Assembly: GCA_947084965.1 (NCBI GenBank)
Contig: CAMTUG010000001.1
Location: 211,914 to 275,913 of the forward strand
Length of the DNA stretch: 64,000 nt
Direction: 5' to 3'
From: an uncultured Parcubacteria group bacterium
Lineage (GTDB): Bacteria; Patescibacteriota; Patescibacteriia; UBA9934; CAMTUG01
The notes under the pieces were generated by a model, which did not search any database, was not told the DNA's origin, and saw only the letters and a list, made by a program, of their open reading frames with translations. The position numbers were made by a program, and so were the translations under genes. Positions 34,629-44,899 of the stretch are shown in pieces. How positions within the stretch are numbered: the first letter of the stretch is position 1; the number at the start of each line of letters is the position of its first letter.

Positions 34629-35345
34629 ATGAAACATCATTGGCGCCTTCTGCTTCTCGTCGTCATCGTCGTCATTGCCGCGTCGCTGTATCGACAATCA
34701 TCCGAACTAGTAGATGTGTATGCTCCAACAATCAACCCAACGGAGTTTACCAAGGTGATTGATAATCCTTATTTAACGTTGATTCCCGGCTGGACCCGTG
34801 TGTTCGAAGCAGAAACGGAAGAAGGGAAAGAGCGGATTGAAGTGACAGTTACGTCTGATACAAAAGTCGTCATGGGGATCGAGGCGGTTGTGGTTCATGA
34901 TCGCGTTTGGTTGAACGACGTGTTGATTGAAGATACCTTTGATTGGTACGCACAAGATGCGGCGGGGAACGTTTGGTATTTGGGCGAGGCGACGATCGCT
35001 TATGCCGAGGACGGCACTACAAGCACCAAGGGATCCTGGGAGGCTGGGGTGAACGGCGCACAGCCGGGGGTGGTGATGTGGGCCGATCCGCAGGTCGGGC
35101 AGGTCTATCGCCAGGAGTACTTCGCCGGAGAGGCTGAGGATATGGGTGAGGTGATCGCTCTGGGGGAATCTGTGACTACCGCCCTAGGATCATACGAAGG
35201 ATGCGTCAAAACGCGTGACTACACGCCGCTCGAAGCGCAGGTTGATGAGTATAAGTGGTACTGTCCAGCAACGGGCGGGCTGACGCTTGAAGAAGGGATC
35301 TCCTCCGGGGAACGTGTGGAGTTAGTCCGTATTTATAAAGAGTAA
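34629..35345 (+). CDS. Exported hypothetical protein
   Basis: N-terminal anchor; IDNPY, DWYAQD..GNVWYLGE, GSWEAG. Confidence 0.8.
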   Translation: MKHHWRLLLLVVIVVIAASLYRQSSELVDVYAPTINPTEFTKVIDNPYLTLIPGWTRVFEAETEEGKERIEVTVTSDTKVVMGIEAVVVHDRVWLNDVLIEDTFDWYAQDAAGNVWYLGEATIAYAEDGTTSTKGSWEAGVNGAQPGVVMWADPQVGQVYRQEYFAGEAEDMGEVIALGESVTTALGSYEGCVKTRDYTPLEAQVDEYKWYCPATGGLTLEEGISSGERVELVRIYKE

Positions 35346-35349
35346 TACT

Positions 35350-35736
35350 ATGATACAGAAATCAACGCTCGGATTGTTTGCGGTCGCTGGACTTGTTGTC
35401 ATCGGATTAGTCGGTCTTGCGGTGTATAAAAACGTCGCTCCGTCACCCTATGACGCATTTGCCCAATGCTTGTCCGATGAAGGCGTGACGATGTATGGAG
35501 CCTGGTGGTGCCCGCACTGTCAGAACCAGAAGGAACTTTTCGGCAATGCCTTCCGTAACATTAACTACGTGGAATGCTCTGCTCCGGGATCTCGTTCCAT
35601 GCTCCCGATCTGTAGCTCTGCGGGGATCACCGGTTATCCAACCTGGCGGTTTGCTGACGGGTCAGAACTGAACGGCGAAGCGCCGCTCGCGTCATTAGCA
35701 GAAAAAACGACCTGCCAGCTTCCAACGATTGAGTAA
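35350..35736 (+). CDS. Membrane-anchored thioredoxin-like protein (VKOR partner)
   Basis: MYGAWWCPHC..QK.LFG, YVEC, GYPTW. Confidence 0.88.
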   Translation: MIQKSTLGLFAVAGLVVIGLVGLAVYKNVAPSPYDAFAQCLSDEGVTMYGAWWCPHCQNQKELFGNAFRNINYVECSAPGSRSMLPICSSAGITGYPTWRFADGSELNGEAPLASLAEKTTCQLPTIE

Positions 35737-35738
35737 GT

Positions 35739-36179
35739 ATGAAAAGGCGTTTGTTGATGGCGATGGTCGTCCTCTCTGCTTTTGGTGTGATTATTTCAGG
35801 GTATTCTTTGCTCCAAAAGCAAGGACTCGCCAGCGGATCGTTCTGTACGATTAACGCCACGTTTGATTGTGATGTCGTTAATAAGGGGCCGTATGGAAGT
35901 TTGTTCGGCGTTCCGGTGTCGCTGATCGGCGTCGTTGGTTATGGGTTGCTGCTCATCGGATCGGTGATGCACCTTCGTTCGTTGTCTGATCGTTTGCTCT
36001 CCGGTTTTCTTCTCGTAAGTTCTACGGGCGGCCTCGGGTTTGCGCTTTACCTTACCGGGATCGAAGCATTTGTGCTCGATACGTATTGTCTGCTCTGTCT
36101 AACCTCGCAGGCGTTGATCCTCGGACTTTTCACCCTTAGTGTTGCCGTTTTTAAACAAAAAGAGTCCGGCCCCGCGTAA
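35739..36179 (+). CDS. Vitamin K epoxide reductase family protein
   Basis: FC......CDVV...Y..LFGVPVS..G; CLLC. Confidence 0.9.
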   Translation: MKRRLLMAMVVLSAFGVIISGYSLLQKQGLASGSFCTINATFDCDVVNKGPYGSLFGVPVSLIGVVGYGLLLIGSVMHLRSLSDRLLSGFLLVSSTGGLGFALYLTGIEAFVLDTYCLLCLTSQALILGLFTLSVAVFKQKESGPA

Positions 36180-36195
36180 GTCCAACGCGAGGCCG
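36167..36195 (-). terminator. 3' stem-loop, loop (T)GGACT(T)
   Basis: CGGCCTCGCGT/ACGCGGGGCCG directly after the stop of the acyltransferase; overlaps the VKOR stop. Confidence 0.65.
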
Positions 36196-37071
36196 TCAGC
36201 CGGTGTGAGATGATCCTTCCTGCCGCAGATCGTGCAGGAAGTGATTTTTTGCGAGGAAGCTGTCGGCCAGGTACTGGCGACGGCCGATGAGGTCGAGGGG
36301 GATGAGCCCGGTTGCTTCCTGTCCGCGCAGGTGGAAGGTGCGGCCCACGATCCGGAACCGATCTGCGAACCAGCCGCTCGTGGTCACGTCGAACCCGCAG
36401 GTCAGGTCGAGGATCCGGTAGGGGAGATCGAGGTCCTGCATCGTCTCCATGATCTCGCCGACGCCACCGGCCCGCGGGGCGAGCGTCGTCCCGGGCCAAT
36501 CCGTGAATCCAGGGATCTTTGTCCCGAAGTTTTCGCGGTCTCGCGCGAGTTTCTGTTCTGACCAGCGGCTCTGATCGACGAAGATCACGAGCGTTGTCCC
36601 TGGGAGGAAGACGCGCGGGACTTCGGTCCGCAACGTACGCTTGGCGGACGCGGTGCTCGCACGGTTGATGAACATCCCCATCTTCGCCGCGGCGATCGCT
36701 GTGCCGAAGAACGGGATGAACTGGTAGAGCTTGCGGGCCACGAAGGCGAGGTGCGGCCGGGCGGCCCGCCGGGTCAGGGCGTGGATGAACGGAACGGTCT
36801 CGAGCGTTGCGGGGTGGTTGGCGATCGCCAGCACCCGGTCGTTCGGGGCGAACGTCGGCCAGGGGCCTGGGTCATCGATCGTGACTCCCATCGGGACGTA
36901 CAGCTCGTTCCACACCGCTCGCGCCCAGATTGCAGGCATCCGGCTTGCCTGCACCTTGCCCGTCGCTCCGTACCAGCCGAGCGCGTTCTGGTGGGTGCGC
37001 CAGCCGGCCGCCAGCGTCATCGAAATCCCCGGCCACAGTGGGTCGGGGACTGGCCGTTGCAGTGCGTTCAC
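36196..37071 (-). CDS. Divergent lysophospholipid acyltransferase (PlsC-like)
   Basis: IANHPATLE, FVARK.L..IPFFG, FINR, TLAPRAGG; GGAGGAGG SD before GTG; GC-rich. Confidence 0.75.
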   Translation of the reverse strand: MNALQRPVPDPLWPGISMTLAAGWRTHQNALGWYGATGKVQASRMPAIWARAVWNELYVPMGVTIDDPGPWPTFAPNDRVLAIANHPATLETVPFIHALTRRAARPHLAFVARKLYQFIPFFGTAIAAAKMGMFINRASTASAKRTLRTEVPRVFLPGTTLVIFVDQSRWSEQKLARDRENFGTKIPGFTDWPGTTLAPRAGGVGEIMETMQDLDLPYRILDLTCGFDVTTSGWFADRFRIVGRTFHLRGQEATGLIPLDLIGRRQYLADSFLAKNHFLHDLRQEGSSHTG

Positions 37072-37087
37072 TGAACCTCCTCCGGCC

Positions 37088-38893
37088 TTAGCCGTTGTTG
37101 GATTTTTTGCGTTGCGTGGCGTCCAAAATTGCTTTACGAATGCGCAAAGATTTTGGTGTTACTTCAAGGAGCTCGTCTTCGCCCAAGTATTCGAGCGACG
37201 TTTCGAGCGTCATCTGGCGCGGGACATCAAGCCCGGCGGACGGGCCGTCACCCTTGGAGCGCATGTTGGAGAGTTTCTTTTCTTTGCACGGGTTGACTTC
37301 CAGGTCCTCGCCCTTGTTGTTTTCACCGATGACCATCCCAGCGTAGACCTCGGTACCAGGTCCGACGAACATCACCCCGCGTTCCTGCAGGTTGGCGAGG
37401 GAATAGCCCATCGTTTCTCCGTTTTCCATCGAAATCAAGGAACCGTGCGGGTTAGTGGCGATCTCCCCGATCTCTGGGCGGTAGCCCAACAGAAGGGTGT
37501 TCAAAATCCCTTGGCCTTTGGTGTCGGTCATAAACTCTGTGCGGTAGCCGATCAACCCACGGGTTGGAATGTCGAATTCCATGAAGGTCGTGCCGTTCTC
37601 AACTTTCATATCCTTCATTTCGCCTTTGCGGCGACCCATCTTTTCAATCACCACCCCACCGAATCCTTCTGGGCATTCAATCGAAACAGCTTCGAACGGT
37701 TCGTTTTCGACTCCGTCGATCGTGCGGTAGATGACTTTCGGACGCGAGACTTGGAATTCGTATCCTTCGCGGCGCATCTTTTCAATCAAAATGGCGAGGT
37801 GTAATTCACCGCGGCCGCTGACATGGAACGTCCCTTCGCCTTCGCCAGCGAGAATTTTCAAAGCGACGTCATTTTGGAGTTCACGTTCCAGACGTTCTTT
37901 GATGTTGCGGGCAGTAGAAAACTCACCTTCACGCCCAGCGAACGGGGAGGTGTTGACCGAGAAAGTCATTTTGACCGTCGGTTCTTCAATATGCATGACC
38001 GGAAGGGCGACGGGGTTGGCAGCATCCGCAATCGTTTCACCGATCGTCACATCTTCAATACCAGAAAGCAAAACAACTTCGCCCGCTTCGGCCGATGCGA
38101 CCTCCTTTTTATTCAATCCTTCAAAGACCTGAAGGGCGGTGATGCGGGCAGATTTCATCTTTCCGTCGCGGTCGATGTGCATCACGTTCATCCCGACTTT
38201 GGCCACGCCGTTGACCACGCGACCGATCGCCGAGCGGCCCTTGTAGTTATCATACAAGACGTTGATGACCGAAAACTGGAACGGCTTTGCGGCGTCGCCG
38301 GTCGGGAGCGGAATGTGTTCTACAACCGCGTCCAAGAGCGGGGCGATATCTTTCATTGATTCCATTTTCGGTTCTGGACCGGCCACACCGTTGATCGCCG
38401 AAGCGTAAACAACGGGGAAGTTCGCCTGCTCTTCGGACGCCCCGAGGTCAATAAAGAGATCGAATGTCTTGTTTAAAACCCAGTCCGGTCGAGCTGCCGG
38501 CTTGTCGATCTTGTTGATCACCAAAATGATTTTGTGTCCGGCTTCGATCGCCTTTTTGAGTACAAACTTGGTTTGCGGCATCGGCCCTTCCTTGGCGTCA
38601 ACCAACAGGAGACAGCCGTCAACCAAATTCATGATGCGTTCAACTTCGCCGCCGAAGTCGGCGTGGCCAGGGGTGTCGACGATGTTGATTTTGACGTTGT
38701 TCCAATTGATCGAACAGTTCTTGGCCAAAATGGTAATCCCGCGTTCGCGTTCCAGCTCGTTGCTGTCCATGATGGTGGTACCCATCGCGTCGGCGTTGCG
38801 GAAGGTGTTCGATTGTTTAAGCAAAGCATCCACGAGCGTCGTTTTGCCGTGGTCAACGTGAGCGATAATAGCGATATTGCGGATGTCTTGCAT
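37088..38893 (-). CDS. typA: Translational GTPase TypA/BipA
   Basis: IRNIAIIAHVDHGKTTLVD, DTPGHADFGGEVER, GRGELHL, EVTPKSLRIRK. Confidence 0.98.
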   Translation of the reverse strand: MQDIRNIAIIAHVDHGKTTLVDALLKQSNTFRNADAMGTTIMDSNELERERGITILAKNCSINWNNVKINIVDTPGHADFGGEVERIMNLVDGCLLLVDAKEGPMPQTKFVLKKAIEAGHKIILVINKIDKPAARPDWVLNKTFDLFIDLGASEEQANFPVVYASAINGVAGPEPKMESMKDIAPLLDAVVEHIPLPTGDAAKPFQFSVINVLYDNYKGRSAIGRVVNGVAKVGMNVMHIDRDGKMKSARITALQVFEGLNKKEVASAEAGEVVLLSGIEDVTIGETIADAANPVALPVMHIEEPTVKMTFSVNTSPFAGREGEFSTARNIKERLERELQNDVALKILAGEGEGTFHVSGRGELHLAILIEKMRREGYEFQVSRPKVIYRTIDGVENEPFEAVSIECPEGFGGVVIEKMGRRKGEMKDMKVENGTTFMEFDIPTRGLIGYRTEFMTDTKGQGILNTLLLGYRPEIGEIATNPHGSLISMENGETMGYSLANLQERGVMFVGPGTEVYAGMVIGENNKGEDLEVNPCKEKKLSNMRSKGDGPSAGLDVPRQMTLETSLEYLGEDELLEVTPKSLRIRKAILDATQRKKSNNG

Positions 38894-38968
38894 AAATCTG
38901 GGTAAACCTATTAACGGGCGGATTATGCCCCGAAAGTGGCGTCTTGTCAACGATTGGCCTAGAATAAA

Positions 38969-39493
38969 ATGATTATGGCTGATCTCTTGTCCCTCTTTCT
39001 GATCGTTTTGTTGGTTTCCCTAGCCGTTGCTGCTCTTTCTTTTGCGCCGTGGGTGCCGGTGCCGAAAAAGGAATTGCGGCGCATTCTCGGGCTTGCTGAG
39101 CTCAAGACAGGAGAGGTCTTTTATGATTTGGGATGCGGTGATGGGCGAGTCGTTTTTGCGGCGGCCGAGATCCCGGGAGTACAGGCGGTTGGTATTGAAC
39201 TCGCATTACCGATGTATCTTGTCTGTCGGATTAAACAGGTCGTTTGGCCTGAGGCACGACGGGCGAAGATCCGGTTAGCGAACTTTTTTCGTGTCGATCT
39301 TCAGCATGCGGACGTCATCTATCTGTTCGGTGTGCCGCGGACTTTGCGTACACGATTGACGAACAAGCTCAAAGCCGAGTGCAAGCCAGGGACCCGCGTC
39401 CTGTCTTATGCGTTTCCTGTTGACGGGTGGTCATCGATGGCTGAAGACGTTCATCCACAGAGCGGTGTAACGATTTATCGCTACGTGTTATGA
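38969..39493 (+). CDS. Membrane-anchored class I SAM-dependent methyltransferase
   Basis: APWVP, YDLGCGDGR, GIE, KPGTRVLSYAF. Confidence 0.88.
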   Translation: MIMADLLSLFLIVLLVSLAVAALSFAPWVPVPKKELRRILGLAELKTGEVFYDLGCGDGRVVFAAAEIPGVQAVGIELALPMYLVCRIKQVVWPEARRAKIRLANFFRVDLQHADVIYLFGVPRTLRTRLTNKLKAECKPGTRVLSYAFPVDGWSSMAEDVHPQSGVTIYRYVL

Positions 39494-39524
39494 TGAAACT
39501 ATTAACCCTTAATGTTCCTTCGTT

Positions 39525-39737
39525 ATGATGCATGAGAAGATGTGCGGCGTGCACAAGATCGGTGCCGCCCTTGTGGTTGTCGGTGCGATTAACTGGGGCC
39601 TGATCGGACTCCTTCAGTGGAATCTGGTCGAGGCAGTGCTCGGAACGGGGACCGTGACCCGCGTCGTGTACATCCTTGTCGGTTTGGCGGGCATCGCCAT
39701 GCTCGGGATGTGTAAGTGTTCGGGATGTAAAAAGTAA
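39525..39737 (+). CDS. DUF378 family membrane protein
   Basis: LVVVGAINWGLIG...NLV.....RVVYILVGLAG. Confidence 0.9.
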   Translation: MMHEKMCGVHKIGAALVVVGAINWGLIGLLQWNLVEAVLGTGTVTRVVYILVGLAGIAMLGMCKCSGCKK

Positions 39738-39804
39738 GGAAACGATCTTCGGATCGTTTTTTGATAAAGGCGGGCTTTCGGGCTCGCTTTTGGTTTAACG
39801 GCAG

Positions 39805-39831
39805 CGCCCCCAGGGAGTGTCCCTGAGGGCG
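39805..39831 (-). terminator. 3' stem-loop, pentaloop ACACT
   Basis: CGCCCTCAGGG/CCCTGGGGGCG then CTGC; same frame as 15372-15398. Confidence 0.7.
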
Positions 39832-39836
39832 TGGCG

Positions 39837-40445
39837 TTAGCCGAGAGCGGAGAGGATGATCCAGCGGATGTCGTCCGCGGATTCGATCTCTCGTTCGGGA
39901 GGGCAGCGGAGTGTCAGAACGCGATCGTCGGGCGTGAAGAGTCGTCGGATCCCGCAGAGCTCGCGGCGGTCGAGCATCTCAGAGACGGGGTCTTCGACGA
40001 CCCCGCGCGTCTTGTTGCTGGCGTGGATCACCGTTCCTTCGCCGGTTGCGAAGACGACATGTCCGATCCCTTGGTTTGGGTCGGACTCGTAGCGGTTGAT
40101 CCATCCTTTGGTGAACAGAAGGTCGCCCATGATCGGCGGTTGATCTGGCTCGATCCCTTGGCCGAAGCGGAACTGCTGGATCGCTCGGCGCGGCAGATCG
40201 ATTCCGCGGTGACGGTAGAGCCACTTCATCAGGCTCGAGCAGTCGAAGACGCTCGGGGCCTCGCGAAGACGCGCGCCGCGGCGGTAGGTCGAGCCGATGG
40301 CGCTCCGTGCAGTGGCGAGGAGGTCGACGTCGATGACCTCGAAGCCACGTTCCGCGAGGATGTTGATCGCTTCGTCATCTGTCATCGGCAAGTGCATCTG
40401 TCGAACGCTCACCGCCTGGCGGTTGCCGTGTCCTCGAAAGTCCAT
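39837..40445 (-). CDS. NlpC/P60 (C40) peptidase
   Basis: FDCSS, LPR.A.QQ, GDLLF, GHV......VIHA; GAGGT SD before MDFRG; GC-rich. Confidence 0.9.
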   Translation of the reverse strand: MDFRGHGNRQAVSVRQMHLPMTDDEAINILAERGFEVIDVDLLATARSAIGSTYRRGARLREAPSVFDCSSLMKWLYRHRGIDLPRRAIQQFRFGQGIEPDQPPIMGDLLFTKGWINRYESDPNQGIGHVVFATGEGTVIHASNKTRGVVEDPVSEMLDRRELCGIRRLFTPDDRVLTLRCPPEREIESADDIRWIILSALG

Positions 40446-40529
40446 GTCATACCTCGGTGGGCGCATTCAAACATAGATGAACAGATAAATCCATGTGCAG
40501 GTTCAGGTCCCAAACCGTGTCTGCGGGAC

Positions 40530-40641
40530 TACTCAAAAAATAATTTCCGCAAAGTGGAAGTACACAGGGTTTATTTTATACTAAGCTTAGTAAAAATTGA
40601 GGTCTATGTACTTCCACTTTGCGGAAATCTATTTTTGAGTA
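40530..40641. repeat. 112-bp imperfect palindrome
   Basis: 56-bp arms centred on CTAAG|CTTAG with a perfect 22-bp core ATTTCCGCAAAGTGGAAGTACA. Confidence 0.9.
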
Positions 40642-40736
40642 CCTGTCAACCTGACGAGCTTACCTTAAAGAAGACGCGAATCATCGACTCGCATGGTGAA
40701 GCATTCGGCTTCGATCAGGTCATTTACAGGACCTGA

Positions 40737-42758
40737 TTACCGGATAAACGTAAACACGGTTGTGGCGCCGTTTGAAAGAGAGATCCAGTGGTCGGCTTCG
40801 CGTTTAGCGTTTTCGATGACTTTGTCAGACATCCACCAATAGTCGTTGACGACGAAGTAGGCGGTGTCGACGTCGGCCAGATTCATCGCTGCTTCAGCGC
40901 GTTCTCGGGTCGGGCCAATGTTGACCATTTCGAGATACAGTTGATAGAGCGGTCCACCGGTCGGGATCGGGTAGTAAAAGATATCGCCCTCGGAATATTT
41001 TAAAAATCCATATTCTTGCACGGCCGCGGCACTCACGGCCTGGTTGGCAAGAACAACGTAGTCGATGGTACTCGTATCAGAGAGCCCATGAATGTAGCGC
41101 ACCGTTTCGAAATCAGATTGCCCGACGTTAAATCCACGGCTGATCTCGTAATTATCATGACGCGGGTAGGTCATGTACACACTAGCGGTCAGGATCATGG
41201 CGGTGAGAAGAGTGAAACCGAAGCGGAGCGGAGCTGGTTTTTCTTTCAGAACTTCGAAGATGCGTCCGACCACGATTCCCAGAATTGGCAAGAGCATGAA
41301 CTGCATCATCTCGAAGATGCGCGCGCTGTAATTGCTCCGTTCATAGTCGATCAAAAAGTCAAAACCGATCAGGGTGGAGAGAAGCAGATAGTTGATCAGC
41401 ATGATCGCTGGAGGAAAGAGGAAAGAGGAAAGAGGAAAGGCGGGGCCGCTGCGTCCCGCAATACGGCGAAGGATGATAATCCCAGCGATCGTGAGGGTGA
41501 GAAGAATCAAGATGCGATTCCATCCGAAGAGATATGCGGCATCAAGAAAGGGATGGAAGCGATTTTCGACAAAAAGGTGCAAGCCGAGGAGCTCCGTCCA
41601 TGGCGTGGTGAAGATATTTTTGAAAGAAAGGGTGACGTTGAGACCAGAGATCTTGGCGTTCAATAAAAAGATCGCAGGGAGTGAAATCGATCCGAGGCCA
41701 GCGGTCAGATAGCCCAGGCGTTTGTAATCGCGGGTGAACAGTTCAAGCAAAACGGCGTAGATGATGATTGGGATGCCAGCGAGTGGATGAGTAAAAACAG
41801 CGGCGACGGCGAAGATCCACAATGCGAGATGATCCTGGTTGGTGCGTTTTTCTTTTTTAAGCAGGGGGATCGAAACGAGAATGGCGGCGAGCGACCAGGT
41901 GTTGGCGAGAGCTTGCGGGGTGGTGGCGATGAACGACGAAAGGGGGAGGAGGAAGAGGACAAGAGCGCCGGATTTTAATGAGCGCCAAGCGAGGAGCGGA
42001 AGCAATAGCCCGGCGAGGAGGGGAACAAGGTAGCTGTCCGCCAGCGCCACCGGAATTGAAAATCCATGCGCGGCGATCAGGACAAGGGCGTATTGTCCGG
42101 CGTAGTAGAGCGGCTTGGGGGTAATGGTGCCGTGTTCGAGGATGTGTGATTCCGTCGCTTTATGGATGAAGGAATCAAATCCGTAGCCGAGCGGGTAGGA
42201 GAGAAGGGCGACCGAGATCGTAAGTAAGAAAAAGATGGTCAGGGTTAGGCGGGACGGTTTGCTTGCGAGCAAGAGGGCGAGGAAAAAGATTCCGATAAAA
42301 AAAGCTGTCGGAATGACGAGCCAGGGGGAGCGGACCGGTTCGATGATCTCCGTTCGTGTGAGGATGGAGGTGGTGGCAAGAATGATAAATAGGAAGAAAG
42401 TGGTAAGTGGTAAGTGGTAAGTGGAGGGGCGGGAGAGGAAAGAGGAAAGGCGGGGCCACCGTGTCCCGCCACTGGTCTGCATCGGTCGCCAGAAACAGAT
42501 GAGGGGGACAGCGATCACCACACCCGTTGCGAAGGGGAGAGTGAGCAGGTCGAGATAGTAAGCGATCCCTCCGAGAATGGAGAGGAGGGCGATCAGCTGT
42601 GCCGCACCGATAGGACTTCGGCCGTAAAACAGTAGCATCCCAGCAAGGAGCACGAGCCCCAACCACGTCGCCTGAAGAAAAAAGGCGTTGGCAACAAACA
42701 GGACTAGAAAAACAAGGGAAACGGTGATATATTTAAGAAGTGATCCTACCGATTGCAT
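40737..42758 (-). CDS. Large polytopic membrane protein (GT-C-like possible)
   Basis: Many TM helices; GYGFD..IH; soluble C-terminal domain. Confidence 0.75.
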   Translation of the reverse strand: MQSVGSLLKYITVSLVFLVLFVANAFFLQATWLGLVLLAGMLLFYGRSPIGAAQLIALLSILGGIAYYLDLLTLPFATGVVIAVPLICFWRPMQTSGGTRWPRLSSFLSRPSTYHLPLTTFFLFIILATTSILTRTEIIEPVRSPWLVIPTAFFIGIFFLALLLASKPSRLTLTIFFLLTISVALLSYPLGYGFDSFIHKATESHILEHGTITPKPLYYAGQYALVLIAAHGFSIPVALADSYLVPLLAGLLLPLLAWRSLKSGALVLFLLPLSSFIATTPQALANTWSLAAILVSIPLLKKEKRTNQDHLALWIFAVAAVFTHPLAGIPIIIYAVLLELFTRDYKRLGYLTAGLGSISLPAIFLLNAKISGLNVTLSFKNIFTTPWTELLGLHLFVENRFHPFLDAAYLFGWNRILILLTLTIAGIIILRRIAGRSGPAFPLSSFLFPPAIMLINYLLLSTLIGFDFLIDYERSNYSARIFEMMQFMLLPILGIVVGRIFEVLKEKPAPLRFGFTLLTAMILTASVYMTYPRHDNYEISRGFNVGQSDFETVRYIHGLSDTSTIDYVVLANQAVSAAAVQEYGFLKYSEGDIFYYPIPTGGPLYQLYLEMVNIGPTRERAEAAMNLADVDTAYFVVNDYWWMSDKVIENAKREADHWISLSNGATTVFTFIR

Positions 42759-42779
42759 ACCGCCGTATTCTATCATGTT

Positions 42780-43355
42780 ATGGCTCGCGATCCATCGCTT
42801 CTCTACCCGCATGACCGTATTTTAGCGAAAACGGTTTTGCCACTCATCCCTCGCGTCGTGACACCGAATCATGTCACGATCTTTCGCTACGGCACGATCC
42901 CCTTCATCATCTATTTTTTGTTCAACGAGAATTATCTGATCGGATTGCCGCTCTTTGTTTTTTCTGCCTGCACGGACGCGATCGACGGCTCACTTGCACG
43001 TACGCGTAAAATGATCACTCGCTGGGGGACGTTTTATGACCCGGTCGCTGATAAACTGCTGATCATGAGCACGATCCTCCTCCTTGTGTTTCGTTTTCTC
43101 CCACCGTGGTTTGCGGCGGTGATCGTCCTGCTTGAATTGCTGATCGGCATTGGCGGTTATGTCTATCGTAAGGAAGGCAAGATGCAGAGCGCTAACGTCT
43201 TCGGGAAGTGGAAGATGTTCGCTCAGAGTACTGGCGTGACCCTTATTTTGGCGGCGGCGGCGTTTGGGGCGCCATGGCTCATTCCGTACGCCATGGTTAC
43301 CCTTTCCGTGGCTATCGTGCTCGCGGTTATCTCGCTCTATACCTACGGCTTGTGA
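42780..43355 (+). CDS. CDP-alcohol phosphatidyltransferase (PgsA-like)
   Basis: TPNHVT.FR; D.IDGSLAR......WGTFYDPVADK. Confidence 0.92.
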   Translation: MARDPSLLYPHDRILAKTVLPLIPRVVTPNHVTIFRYGTIPFIIYFLFNENYLIGLPLFVFSACTDAIDGSLARTRKMITRWGTFYDPVADKLLIMSTILLLVFRFLPPWFAAVIVLLELLIGIGGYVYRKEGKMQSANVFGKWKMFAQSTGVTLILAAAAFGAPWLIPYAMVTLSVAIVLAVISLYTYGL

Positions 43356-44899
43356 TCAAACCTCGTGCAGACTTTTTGATCCTCACGTTCGCCGCGCTCT
43401 TCTTTTTTGTGTCGAGTGGTATTTTGGCGTTCAACATGCCGGCCGTCTATAACTCGCCGGATGAAAATGCCAACGCCGTTTTTACAGAGCAGGTACGCCT
43501 GACCGGCACGCCGGACATCTTCGATCCGTTTCTCGCGCTGAGCCCGCTTTTGCATCCCCGTAGTGTGATTAACACCGGGCTGCATGTACTCCCAGGGAGT
43601 TTTCTCGGTCTGCCGTTTTATTACGGCTATCTCGCGCGTGCTACCGATGTTGAACTTTTGCGTTATTTCACCCCCTTGCTCGCCGTACTGGCGATTTTTT
43701 GCTGGCGTCGCATTGTTGAAGAGGTTTTTCGTTCCCGTACGGTGGCATTGGTCGCCGCTCTCGGGCTGATGTTTCACCCGGCGTTTTGGTATTGGAGCGC
43801 CAGGTCGATGATGCATAACGTTCCGTTCATCGCGCTCATGATCATCGCCCTGTATGTCGCCGTGGTTCGGCCGCGTTTCCTCTGGCTTTCAGGTCTTCTC
43901 TTCGGCACTGCGATCATGTTCCGCTCGGTAGAACTTTTTTGGATCATCCCGATCGTGTTTCTCCTCCTCGTTCGTTTTCAGCGTGAGCTTGGACTCGGAC
44001 GGATTATCGGATTTATGATCGGGGTGGCGATCGCTATCGCCCCGATGCTGGTGTTGAATCAACAGCTCTACGGCAACATGTTTGAAACGGGGTATACCTA
44101 TCATCAAACTTCTGATGCAGCGATCACGGCGAGTACACTGCCTGTCCCGAATGCGTCCTTTTTGGAATTGGGAAAATCTATCTTGCGAAACAGTTGGCAC
44201 TATTCCGTCACATTGTTTCCGTGGCTTTCCTTTGCCGCTGCTCTCGGATTTCTGACGCGCATACAGGAACGCCGTGAACGTCTTTTCGCCGTCGTGGCGG
44301 TACTGACCACCGCATTATTGTGGATCTTTTATGGGTCCTACACCTTCCGTGATAACCCTGATACCGATCTCATCACCATCGGCACGTCCTACACGCGCTA
44401 CTGGTTGCCGATCTTCGCTTTGGCCAGTCCGTACGTCGCCTGGCTGATCGTTTGGTTGAGTGATCGGGTACGGGTGGTCACAGCCAGGAAGATCGTCCTG
44501 GTGGGATTAACCGTTTTGATGATCACCCTTTCCATCCGCCCGGTGTTTCTGGCTGAAGACGGGTTGATCGGCGTTCGCGCGGCGCTCTTGGGATCGTACG
44601 AAAAGCAACAGCGCGTGCTGGCGGTCACTGAAGAAGAAGCGGTCATTATCGTCGATCGTGCGGATAAGTTCCTCTGGCCCGATCGTCACGTCGTCTATCC
44701 GCTTCGTTCTGAAGAAACGTATGCGGCCATGCCCAAGCTCGCCGCCGGCGCTCCGCTTTATTATTTCGGCATCACTTTGCCAGAAGGGGACCTCGTCTAT
44801 TTGAATACGGAAAAGCTCCCGCCGCTCGGCCTGCAGATTGAACACGTCGTGACGGTTGAGGATGAATCGCTCTACCACATCTATGAAGCGCTTCGTTAA
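43352..44899 (+). CDS. ArnT/PMT-like (GT-C) membrane glycosyltransferase
   Basis: SPDE after the first TM, multiple TMs, RYWLP. Confidence 0.7.
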   Translation: MIKPRADFLILTFAALFFFVSSGILAFNMPAVYNSPDENANAVFTEQVRLTGTPDIFDPFLALSPLLHPRSVINTGLHVLPGSFLGLPFYYGYLARATDVELLRYFTPLLAVLAIFCWRRIVEEVFRSRTVALVAALGLMFHPAFWYWSARSMMHNVPFIALMIIALYVAVVRPRFLWLSGLLFGTAIMFRSVELFWIIPIVFLLLVRFQRELGLGRIIGFMIGVAIAIAPMLVLNQQLYGNMFETGYTYHQTSDAAITASTLPVPNASFLELGKSILRNSWHYSVTLFPWLSFAAALGFLTRIQERRERLFAVVAVLTTALLWIFYGSYTFRDNPDTDLITIGTSYTRYWLPIFALASPYVAWLIVWLSDRVRVVTARKIVLVGLTVLMITLSIRPVFLAEDGLIGVRAALLGSYEKQQRVLAVTEEEAVIIVDRADKFLWPDRHVVYPLRSEETYAAMPKLAAGAPLYYFGITLPEGDLVYLNTEKLPPLGLQIEHVVTVEDESLYHIYEALR

